A model generated the notes under the pieces. That model saw only the letters and a list, made by a program, of their open reading frames with translations, had not been told where the DNA came from and searched no databases. Source: a virus (taxonomy: Duplodnaviria > Caudoviricetes). From it: a DNA stretch of 28,125 nt. Both the position numbers and the translations under genes were made by a program. This document shows, one piece after another, positions 17,749 through 25,423 of the stretch (positions are counted from its first letter, which is position 1; the number at the start of each line of letters is the position of its first letter). The stretch lies in IMG/VR virus record IMGVR_UViG_3300044627_000999, positions 1 to 28,125 of that record; one strand, written 5' to 3'.

Positions 17749-17785
17749 TCACTGCGTATCTACTTGTATCCTTGCAAGTAGAATT

Positions 17786-18205
17786 CTAGTACCATCCTTT
17801 AGCACGCCAATGTGCCCATGCTTTTGATGGTTTTTCGTAGCGGTGCTGGATATAAGCCAGTCCCCGCTCAACTTGCAGCGGGGCTGGCGTGTGTGGTTTA
17901 GTGTTAAGCATCTGGGCTATTCCATATGCACTGGACTTAGGGTTATCTGCATGTTGTCGCCATCCAGATTCTTTACCCCAAAGTTTTGCTAGTGCACGCC
18001 ATTCAGACTTGTTCCAATGTGGGTACTCCCATTTCATTAGTGCTTTGGCGTATGCTTTGGCCATTGCTGGTGTCCACAAAGATGTGTTTGTGCAGTTGTC
18101 TTGTACTTGAACTGCTACTGCTGCTGCGTGTGCTGGACTGGGTAAGAATGGCGTTGACAAGAATGTTAGTAGCCAACTTAAATACCCTGCTAATAATCTC
18201 TTCAT
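17786..18205 (-). CDS. Secreted lytic transglycosylase (SLT/lysozyme-like fold)
   Basis: Signal peptide ending PAHA; KESGW catalytic Glu, NPKSSAYGIAQML, QVERGLAYIQHRY and AWAHWRAKGWY. Confidence 0.82.
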   Translation of the reverse strand: MKRLLAGYLSWLLTFLSTPFLPSPAHAAAVAVQVQDNCTNTSLWTPAMAKAYAKALMKWEYPHWNKSEWRALAKLWGKESGWRQHADNPKSSAYGIAQMLNTKPHTPAPLQVERGLAYIQHRYEKPSKAWAHWRAKGWY

Positions 18206-18300
18206 CTAATAAACCTCCATGTGAGATAGCCAAAGAGTATGAGGAATGTCCAGGATTGTGATGGTGTGAGGTATGAACTCGCAAAGATTTGTTCAATCAT
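18202..18300 (-). CDS. 32-aa membrane peptide (not in ORF track)
   Basis: MIEQIFASSYLTPSQSWTFLILFGYLTWRFIR; ATGA overlaps with both neighbours. Confidence 0.6.
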   Translation of the reverse strand: MIEQIFASSYLTPSQSWTFLILFGYLTWRFIR

Positions 18301-18482
18301 TTCACCCTAACAATCTCTTGGCTATGCTTGATACCTGTATCAAACTCTAGTATATGCCATTCGCTTGGGTCTTCAAGTGCTTCATCGCCTGCTCTATCTA
18401 CATCTACATGTGTAGTTCGGCGTCTAACTCTTGCCATAATCCACACGGTGTGTTCCCATTGTGGGGTATCTTCGTCAAGCAT
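18297..18482 (-). CDS. Hypothetical protein
   Basis: 61 aa with GAGGAGG RBS. Confidence 0.65.
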   Translation of the reverse strand: MLDEDTPQWEHTVWIMARVRRRTTHVDVDRAGDEALEDPSEWHILEFDTGIKHSQEIVRVK

Positions 18483-18648
18483 TGGATTCCTCCTCGTTTT
18501 TTATAAGGTCGTTAACTGTTGGTTCTGGTGCTGACCAGAGTTTGCGTGGTGTGTTAGCAATTAACTCATCGTATACATCTAATAGGTCAAGCATTGCGTA
18601 GGCAAATGCTTCTTTGATTTGAAGCAGTTCTTCTTTTGTTCTTGTCAT
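18475..18648 (-). CDS. 57-aa hypothetical protein (not in ORF track)
   Basis: MTRTKEELLQIKEAFAYAMLDLLDVYDEL...EEESNA fills the operon gap; AAAGGT RBS. Confidence 0.6.
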   Translation of the reverse strand: MTRTKEELLQIKEAFAYAMLDLLDVYDELIANTPRKLWSAPEPTVNDLIKNEEESNA

Positions 18649-18651
18649 TGG

Positions 18652-18807
18652 TTACCTTTGCATCTTGCGTCTGGTTGAGGCGACATCACTCATGCGCTGA
18701 ATGATTTCGTTCTGTGTCTTGATTATATAGATGCTATATCCAATGGTCAAGATGCTAGCAATAAGGGCTATCATAATACCTATCATTGTTCCTGTATCTA
18801 GATACAT
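18652..18807 (-). CDS. 51-aa single-TM membrane protein (not in ORF track)
   Basis: MYLDTGTMIGIMIALIASILTIGYSIYIIK...RRKMQR; AAGGAG RBS and TAATG coupling. Confidence 0.7.
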   Translation of the reverse strand: MYLDTGTMIGIMIALIASILTIGYSIYIIKTQNEIIQRMSDVASTRRKMQR

Positions 18808-18938
18808 TACTTGCTCCTTTTTTGTGCACGAATAGCCAACTTAGCAGGACTATATCCGTCAATAGTTCTGCCTGTTTTCTTTTGAACCTTTGGCTTTTTT
18901 TTCCAGGCTTTGCCGTTCTTTCTATCTGTTGTTGCCAT
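18807..18938 (-). CDS. 43-aa highly basic protein
   Basis: Likely start ATG 18938 after GGAG; MATTDRKNGKAWKKKPKVQKK. Confidence 0.6.
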   Translation of the reverse strand: MATTDRKNGKAWKKKPKVQKKTGRTIDGYSPAKLAIRAQKRSK

Positions 18939-18990
18939 GCTATCTCCATTCGACTCGTAGTTATCCAATGAACCTACTTTGCGGTTCCAT

Positions 18991-19041
18991 AAAATAAAAA
19001 AAATTTTTGGTGGCAAGGTGAGGCACTAACCCCACCTTGCC
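18991..19041 (-). terminator. Hairpin with a downstream T-rich tract
   Basis: Minus strand GGCAAGGTGGGG-TTAGTG-CCTCACCTTGCC, then ACCAAAAA and a long T run; the T run is not directly adjacent to the stem. Confidence 0.55.
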
Positions 19042-19047
19042 TGTTGC

Positions 19048-19479
19048 TCAATGTTCTAAGCAACCCATATATTTATTGATTTGATAATGGCATGTGCTAC
19101 AAATCGTAGCCCATGATGGTAGAGCAAGGTAAGCATTTAACTCATCTTGCTCGAACATTGGGAAGACATGTTTGCCAAGGAATAACCAACCAGGAGGACG
19201 GTCAGTTATATCGTATGCCCCTTCTAGGTATTCGCCATCACGGTTTGTCCATTTATGGCCATACCCTTTCTCATCAGGGATATCAATAGATAGAGCAGGT
19301 TCTGACTCCTGCTCACATCTATTAATCTGTTGAAAGTCTTGTGCGTATTGGGCACTAGAACCTTCTTGAAGTAGATTACATTCTACGCAATACTCATCAC
19401 GAGTATCCAGCGATGTGGCTGGATTCTCGTGTGAGCATGAGAAAGACTGCGTAGAAGATGACAAAGCAAATGATGTCAT
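19048..19479 (-). CDS. Hypothetical Cys-containing protein
   Basis: 143 aa with CVEC and CSTC motifs; the start codon is uncertain. Confidence 0.55.
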   Translation of the reverse strand: MTSFALSSSTQSFSCSHENPATSLDTRDEYCVECNLLQEGSSAQYAQDFQQINRCEQESEPALSIDIPDEKGYGHKWTNRDGEYLEGAYDITDRPPGWLFLGKHVFPMFEQDELNAYLALPSWATICSTCHYQINKYMGCLEH

Positions 19480-19491
19480 CAGGCTGGTTTA

Positions 19492-19794
19492 TTAGGCCAG
19501 TGCGATGTCAGTGATTACAAGGTTGTCATACCAAGTGCCAGGCTTTTTGCCAGCCTTGGTTTCCATGTAGCCCTGAATGTTGACCACTGCGTCTGAGGTA
19601 TCCACAAGATTTTTGCGGATGTACTCAAGGTGGTCAGGGTTAGCAGTGGTAACAATGCGTGAAGCAACGAAGACGGATTGGTAGGAACCGTCTGGTTGAG
19701 CAACTGCTCTGCTGTCAAGGATACCAAGATTGAAACGATTCTTGTTATCCCAGACCTTGTTAACACGGGCATTCTCAAATGAGAACTTATTCAT
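19492..19794 (-). CDS. Putative OB-fold single-stranded DNA-binding protein
   Basis: ATG 19794 with AAAGGAGA RBS; 100 aa with beta-rich pattern and VVNIQGYMETK...WYDNLVITDI, resembling the SSB V-x-V-x-G-x-L-x-T strand. Confidence 0.5.
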   Translation of the reverse strand: MNKFSFENARVNKVWDNKNRFNLGILDSRAVAQPDGSYQSVFVASRIVTTANPDHLEYIRKNLVDTSDAVVNIQGYMETKAGKKPGTWYDNLVITDIALA

Positions 19795-20348
19795 GATTAT
19801 CTCCTTTACACTAGGGGACTTTTCCCCTAGCACTAAGCGCAGGGGAAAATCCCATGCGGTTATTAGTTATTTACTAACAACAAGTCCCACATTACATGGC
19901 TGTCAAGTCCAGTCTTTTCATGGACTTGATTGCCATGTCAGTATAGAAATTTATTATTAACTGAGGCGCCCATTTACTAATGGCCTGCGCCGAAGACTGC
20001 TATCCGCTCAGCGTCTCTCTGTTCAGGACAAGCAGGTCTGTATGTGATATAGAGCAACTCGTATTGACCCCAGGATGTTTAAAGGAGAGTTGAGTTAGTA
20101 TATGTATCTCCGTAAAAGATTTTCCCGTACAAAGTATATCCCCCATACCAGTATCCTTTTGTCCTATTTTATACTGATTTTTGGGCTAATAAAAAAATAC
20201 TTTAAATAAAAGTGTCCGTTTTAGGCCTTTGGACGGATTAAACAGTATAGAGACTGTTTCTGTTTTTAACAGTAGCAAGTCCTTGGGGGACTTGCGTTAC
20301 AGACTGAACTTAAGAACTGTTACAACTGATGAAAACGGGACAGGACTA
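19795..20348. promoter_or_regulatory. Divergent non-coding control region between the early (left) and late (right) arms
   Basis: The coding strand switches here; several inverted repeats and five CAAGTCC/GGACTTG copies. Promoter boxes could not be assigned with confidence. Confidence 0.7.
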
Positions 20349-22235
20349 ATGACATTTAACAAGGGCAATTCTAACCCTAAATCTCTTGCTATGGCGGAGG
20401 CAAAGGCTAAAGTTTTAGCCCTCGTGGCCGAAGGCCACTCAGTCCATAAGGCTATGGAAGTCTGCGGCAAAAAACCTGACACCGTGAGAATATGGATGCT
20501 TAGGGATAAAAAGTTTGCTGCTGACCTAACCGAGGCTAAAGCCACCGCAAAGGATGCTTCCCTTGCCTCATTGGGTATTCCAAAAGAAGAAATAGATTTC
20601 CCAAGATTCTCCGAGATATTCTTACAACAGAGGGTATTCCCCCACCATCAAGATTGGATTGACTTACTAGAGGATAGAGAGCCTTCATGGCTTCACCCTA
20701 GTATGGTTTACGAAAAGGGCGACCCAGCCCGTCTCTTAATCAACGTGCCACCTGAGCATGCTAAGAGCACAGTTATCACCGTAAACTACTCCACATATCG
20801 TATCGCTCTCAATCCGAATATCCGCATTATCGTGGTTTCTAAAACGTTAATCAAAGCACGTGAGTTCGTGTACGCAATCAAGCAGAGACTCTCCCATCCA
20901 CGCTGGTTAAAGTTGCAAACAACTTTTGGCCCTGAAGGTGGTTGGAAAGAAGATTCAGACACTTGGCGAGTTGATACGGTTTACCTTGGGAGCGATGCAC
21001 GAAATTCAAGTGAGAAGGACCCAACCATTCAAGCACTTGGTATGGGTGGACAAATCTATGGTGCTCGTGCTGACCTCATCATTCTAGATGACTGCATAAC
21101 TACAGCAAACGCCCATGAGTATGAGAAACAAATCAACTGGCTACAAAAAGAAGTTATTACCCGTTTGGGTAAAAATGGTAAGTTATTAATCGTAGGGACA
21201 CGAATTGCAGCACAAGACTTCTATAAAGAACTCCGCGAGACCAAGCACTGGTCTGGTGGTAAAAGCCCTTTTACTTATATGGGCATGCCTGCTGTTTTAC
21301 AATATTCAGAAAAGCCGCAAGACTGGGAAACGCTCTGGCCTAAGTCGGACCTTCCGTGGGATGGGGATTCTGACGTACCTGACGAAGAAGGGTTCTTCCC
21401 GAAGTGGGATGGCAAAGCCTTATTCAGAAGACGTAGTGAGGTAACACCACAAACATGGGCGTTGGTTTACCAACAAGAAGATGTTTCTGAAGATAATATA
21501 TTTCCACCTGCAATTGTTCAAGGTTGTATTAATGGACAACGCAAACGCGGACTGCTGAAAGCAGGTGCCGTAGGACATCCCTCGCGCATTGAGGGGTATA
21601 CCATTATTGGTTTTGACCCCGCAATGGGCGGGAATGCCGCGTTTGTGGTGGCTACATATAACAGAGCAGACAGCAGGATATATGTTCTTGACTGCGTTAA
21701 TATGTCAGACCCTACCCCACAAAAGATTCAAGACATTATTGAGCACTTGGTAGATAAATACAGACCACAAGAATTACGAGTTGAGATTAACGCTCATCAA
21801 AAAGCCTATGCATTAGATGATGATTTAAGAAATTGGTTAGCGGCATATGGCTGCCGTTTAGAATCTCACTTTACTAGCAAGAACAAATGGGACTCTAACT
21901 TTGGTGTAGCAGGTATGTCTATGCTAATGGGAACTATAAGGGATGAGAAGTTCCAAAAGAATAACATTATCGAGTTTCCTTCAACGGATAACTCAGAGGG
22001 TATGAAAGCACTAGTCCAACAATTAATAACTTGGAAGCCTAATACTCGTGGTAAGACTGACTGTGTTATGGCACTGTGGTTTGTTGTGCTGAGAGCACGG
22101 GAGTTTATGCAACAGACTAGCAACATCAGTAGGTATGCAAAGAACCGCTGGGCAACCAGAGCACAAACAGAAAGACGATACTCAGTTAATCTAGACGAAG
22201 CCCTTGCAGAGCAATGGCAAGAGACATACGGATAA
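20349..22235 (+). CDS. terL: Terminase large subunit with an N-terminal HTH extension
   Basis: Likely ATG 20349; Walker A-like PPEHAKST, GARADLIILDD Walker B, IVGTR, YQQ, IIGFDPA nuclease motif and C-terminal DCVMALWF. Confidence 0.9.
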   Translation: MTFNKGNSNPKSLAMAEAKAKVLALVAEGHSVHKAMEVCGKKPDTVRIWMLRDKKFAADLTEAKATAKDASLASLGIPKEEIDFPRFSEIFLQQRVFPHHQDWIDLLEDREPSWLHPSMVYEKGDPARLLINVPPEHAKSTVITVNYSTYRIALNPNIRIIVVSKTLIKAREFVYAIKQRLSHPRWLKLQTTFGPEGGWKEDSDTWRVDTVYLGSDARNSSEKDPTIQALGMGGQIYGARADLIILDDCITTANAHEYEKQINWLQKEVITRLGKNGKLLIVGTRIAAQDFYKELRETKHWSGGKSPFTYMGMPAVLQYSEKPQDWETLWPKSDLPWDGDSDVPDEEGFFPKWDGKALFRRRSEVTPQTWALVYQQEDVSEDNIFPPAIVQGCINGQRKRGLLKAGAVGHPSRIEGYTIIGFDPAMGGNAAFVVATYNRADSRIYVLDCVNMSDPTPQKIQDIIEHLVDKYRPQELRVEINAHQKAYALDDDLRNWLAAYGCRLESHFTSKNKWDSNFGVAGMSMLMGTIRDEKFQKNNIIEFPSTDNSEGMKALVQQLITWKPNTRGKTDCVMALWFVVLRAREFMQQTSNISRYAKNRWATRAQTERRYSVNLDEALAEQWQETYG

Positions 22236-22244
22236 GGAAACATT

Positions 22245-22616
22245 ATGCCAAACCCAATTAAAGCAGTTAAAGCAATAAGCCGTGCCGTTGGTGGTATTAC
22301 GGGTAAGGGTGCTAAACAAGTAAACCCTGTTTATCGTCAATCATATAGACAAAAAGAAGTAAGAATTAAAGGTGAAGGCGAAAAAATAGAAATTTTAAGA
22401 GCCAAACAAATGTTACGTCAAGCCGTAGATGAAGGTTATTTAAAAAAACCTGCGGACACTGCTAAAGGAAACAAGCGTGGACTTAAGGCTGCTAATGCTA
22501 AAGTTTCTAAAAGAAATAGAGACCAAGTTGATACTCCAGTTAAACGCATGCAACTTAAGATGAAAAATCCAGCACGTGCAAATCGTACTCGTGGTGGAGA
22601 TATGAGGGGATATTAA
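22245..22616 (+). CDS. Lys/Arg-rich protein 1
   Basis: AAGGA RBS; 123 aa, strongly basic. Confidence 0.7.
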   Translation: MPNPIKAVKAISRAVGGITGKGAKQVNPVYRQSYRQKEVRIKGEGEKIEILRAKQMLRQAVDEGYLKKPADTAKGNKRGLKAANAKVSKRNRDQVDTPVKRMQLKMKNPARANRTRGGDMRGY

Positions 22617-22828
22617 TGGCTAAGTCTAAGAAAATGAATCTTGGTCCTACCAAGAAATTAAAACCATCTGGCAATATTAAATTTACAAAAGATTATATTT
22701 TTGACCCAGGCAACAAAGCAGATTATGCAACCTACATACTAGGTGGACCTGCTACCCGTGCAGTTGGTGGTATTGCTAAAGCAGGTAAAAGATTTGTAAG
22801 TAAAGTTTACAGAAACATGGGTAGATAA
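22616..22828 (+). CDS. Lys/Arg-rich protein 2
   Basis: TAATG-coupled, 70 aa, basic. Confidence 0.7.
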   Translation: MAKSKKMNLGPTKKLKPSGNIKFTKDYIFDPGNKADYATYILGGPATRAVGGIAKAGKRFVSKVYRNMGR

Positions 22829-23418
22829 TGCCTGTATCAAAAATTGCAAAGATTATTGCTAAGAAGCGTGCTGTAGATATTGCTAAGAAAAAAATAGCAA
22901 AGGTATCTACTCAAGAAGCCCGTGAGGCTGCTCGTGAAGCACGTAAACCTATAGGTGGCATGAGTGCTCTTAAACGTTCTGGTGGAACTATTCCAACTAG
23001 GCCAACTAAAGTTCCTAGAGACCTTTCTGTTAAAAAAATTACACCACCTGGCAAACGTAGTGTTTATCAAGAAAGAATTAAAAAAGCGGTTAGAGAAGGA
23101 ACTGGTGTTCCTGCGCCTAAAGGTAAAAAATATACTGGACCAATTAATCCACCTGGACCTAAGAATCGTCCAGCAGGTTTAAAGTTTACTTCTAAAATAG
23201 ATGAGCGTGAACCACGGCCAAGACCTTTATCAAAGTTAGAAACTAATATTCTACGTGAAGTAGGTAAGCGTGATTATAATAAAGGTGGAGTAAATCCACT
23301 TGCATTTAAAGTGCAACAACAAGAAGCAGACCGTAGAGTTATTAAAGCCTTGCGAGAAATTAAAGCAGCGGAAAAGAAAGTTAAGCAAGTAGAAAAAAGA
23401 AATAGACGGGGCAGATAA
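22828..23418 (+). CDS. Lys/Arg/Pro-rich protein 3
   Basis: TAATG-coupled, 196 aa, basic. Confidence 0.7.
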   Translation: MPVSKIAKIIAKKRAVDIAKKKIAKVSTQEAREAAREARKPIGGMSALKRSGGTIPTRPTKVPRDLSVKKITPPGKRSVYQERIKKAVREGTGVPAPKGKKYTGPINPPGPKNRPAGLKFTSKIDEREPRPRPLSKLETNILREVGKRDYNKGGVNPLAFKVQQQEADRRVIKALREIKAAEKKVKQVEKRNRRGR

Positions 23419-23663
23419 TGGCTAATCCTAAAAAAATAATCAAGGCTGTTAAAAAGGCTGCTAAGAAAAAGCCAATGGGTCCTAAGCAAAAGACTTATCA
23501 AATTCGTGGTGCTGAGGCTAAGAGAGAAAGAGAACTAGAAGCCCGTGGTGGTAGACCATCTCCAGAGTTTTTAGCAAAGTTGAGAGAAAAAACATTTAAA
23601 GAGATTGAAAGAAAAACTGGAAAGCCGATAGATAGAAGTAAGTATCTTAAGAAAGGCAAATAA
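23418..23663 (+). CDS. Lys/Arg-rich protein 4
   Basis: TAATG-coupled, 81 aa, basic. Confidence 0.7.
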   Translation: MANPKKIIKAVKKAAKKKPMGPKQKTYQIRGAEAKRERELEARGGRPSPEFLAKLREKTFKEIERKTGKPIDRSKYLKKGK

Positions 23664-25409
23664 TTGTTATCAATAAATCAAATTGCAGCGAGAGTAGATT
23701 CTCTTAAAGACCGTGCTGCTGATAGAGATGCAAGGGCACAAGACGTACTTGCTGTTCGTAAAGGTAAGATTGCATCTGTATATCCAGAGTTCTTTCCAGA
23801 GGGTGTAGACGCAAACGTAGTTGCAAACTTTATTGACATTGTTGCCCGTGACTTGTCAGAAGTTATGGCACCGCTTCCTGCAGTTAACTGCTCAGCCGCT
23901 AATCAGGTATCTGACCGTGCTCGTTCTTTTGCTGACAAGCGTACTCGCATTGCTGCTAACTATTTTGCTCATTCAGATTTACAAGTGCAGATGTACACAG
24001 GTGCAGACCATTACATCACATTCGGTTTCGTCCCATTCATAATTGAATTAGACGAAGAGGCAGGGCTGCCGCGTATTCGTGTAGAAAGTCCAATTGGGGC
24101 TTACCCAGAGTTTGACCGCTACGGACGCTGCATTGCCTTCGCTAAAAGATATGAACTATCAATTGCTGAGTTAGTATCACAATTCCCAGAGTACGAAATG
24201 GAACTATTGGGTAGAGATGGATACGAACAAAACTTAATGGCAAGGATTGACTTTGTTCGTTATTACGATAAAGACCAATCTCTTATTTATGTTCCTAGCC
24301 GTAGCAATCTAGTTCTTTCACAAGCGGTTAATCCACTTGGAAAGATGATGGTTGTTGTTGCTAGACGCCCAAGCGTTGATGGTGAAATGCGTGGACAATT
24401 TGATGACGTACTAGGTATCCAACTACTTCGTAATAGGTTCGCATTACTTGCGATGGAAGCAGCGGAGAAATCTGTACAGGCACCAATTGTTGTCCCACAA
24501 GATGTTCAAGAAATTGAGTTTGGCGGAGATTCTATTATCCGCACAAACAATCCTGCAGGTGTTCGCCGTGTTGAACTGCCTATACCTAGCGGTGCATTTA
24601 CTGAACAATCATTACTACAACAAGAATTAAGAACTGGTACACGTTATCCAGAATCACGTACTGGTAATCTTGATGCAAGTATTATTACTGGTCAAGGCGT
24701 TCAAGCCCTTATGGGTGGCTTTGATACACAGGTTAAATCTGCTCAGGCTATTTTTGCCTCCGCCCTTAAAGATGTTATCTCAATTGCATTTGAAGTTGAT
24801 GAAACATACTTTGACTTTGAGAAGACAGTTCGTGGTGTAGATGCTGGTTCTCCTTACAGTATTGACTATAAGCCTTCTAAAGATATTAAGAGTGATTACT
24901 CAGCCGATGTTCGTTATGGCATGCTTGCTGGTCTTAATCCAGCACAGGGACTTATCTTCATGCTACAAGCATTAGGTGCTAAGATTATTTCTAAAGACAT
25001 GGTTATGCGTGAACTACCATTTGGTATTAACGTAACTCAAGAACAAGAAAAAATTGAGATTGAAGAAATGCGTAACTCTTTACTGGGTGCGTTAGGGGCG
25101 TATACTCAAGCAATACCTCAAATGGCTACACAAGGAATGGACCCATCTGACATCATTGTAAAGATTTCAGATGTAATTAAAGCCCGTCAAAAGGGAGTAG
25201 CAATTGAGGATGCAATTGAAGAAATCTTCAGACCTGAAGAATTACCTCCTACTGGCGCTACACAGGTTGAGCAAACGTCCCCTGCTCCCGCTGCTCCAGT
25301 AGGAGGCATCCCTCCACAAGCAGAACAAGGTGGACTACAAAGTCTTTTATCTAGTTTAAATTCAGGTGGCGTAGGAACCGCTAGTGCAAGGACAGTAGTA
25401 AGAAGATAG
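23664..25409 (+). CDS. Portal protein
   Basis: 581 aa downstream of the terminase; VANFIDIVARD N-terminal motif, helical core and Q/P/G-rich C-terminal tail typical of podovirus-like portals. Confidence 0.8.
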   Translation: MLSINQIAARVDSLKDRAADRDARAQDVLAVRKGKIASVYPEFFPEGVDANVVANFIDIVARDLSEVMAPLPAVNCSAANQVSDRARSFADKRTRIAANYFAHSDLQVQMYTGADHYITFGFVPFIIELDEEAGLPRIRVESPIGAYPEFDRYGRCIAFAKRYELSIAELVSQFPEYEMELLGRDGYEQNLMARIDFVRYYDKDQSLIYVPSRSNLVLSQAVNPLGKMMVVVARRPSVDGEMRGQFDDVLGIQLLRNRFALLAMEAAEKSVQAPIVVPQDVQEIEFGGDSIIRTNNPAGVRRVELPIPSGAFTEQSLLQQELRTGTRYPESRTGNLDASIITGQGVQALMGGFDTQVKSAQAIFASALKDVISIAFEVDETYFDFEKTVRGVDAGSPYSIDYKPSKDIKSDYSADVRYGMLAGLNPAQGLIFMLQALGAKIISKDMVMRELPFGINVTQEQEKIEIEEMRNSLLGALGAYTQAIPQMATQGMDPSDIIVKISDVIKARQKGVAIEDAIEEIFRPEELPPTGATQVEQTSPAPAAPVGGIPPQAEQGGLQSLLSSLNSGGVGTASARTVVRR

Positions 25410-25423
25410 TTTAGAAGGGGACC

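Noticed and set aside
19901-19906. Minus-strand TTGACA as the -35 box of the early promoter
   Set aside because: No convincing TAnnnT at 16-18 nt spacing, so it was not annotated as a promoter.
20102-20209. 35-aa ORF MYLRKRFSRTKYIPHTSILLSYFILIFGLIKKYFK
   Set aside because: The nearest SD (about 20081-20088) is roughly 13-14 nt away and the hydrophobicity can be explained by AT-rich DNA; not enough support to call.
20229-20348. ORF-track N-terminal extension of the terminase from a TTG at 20229
   Set aside because: No RBS and it runs through several hairpins; the ATG at 20349 is more plausible.
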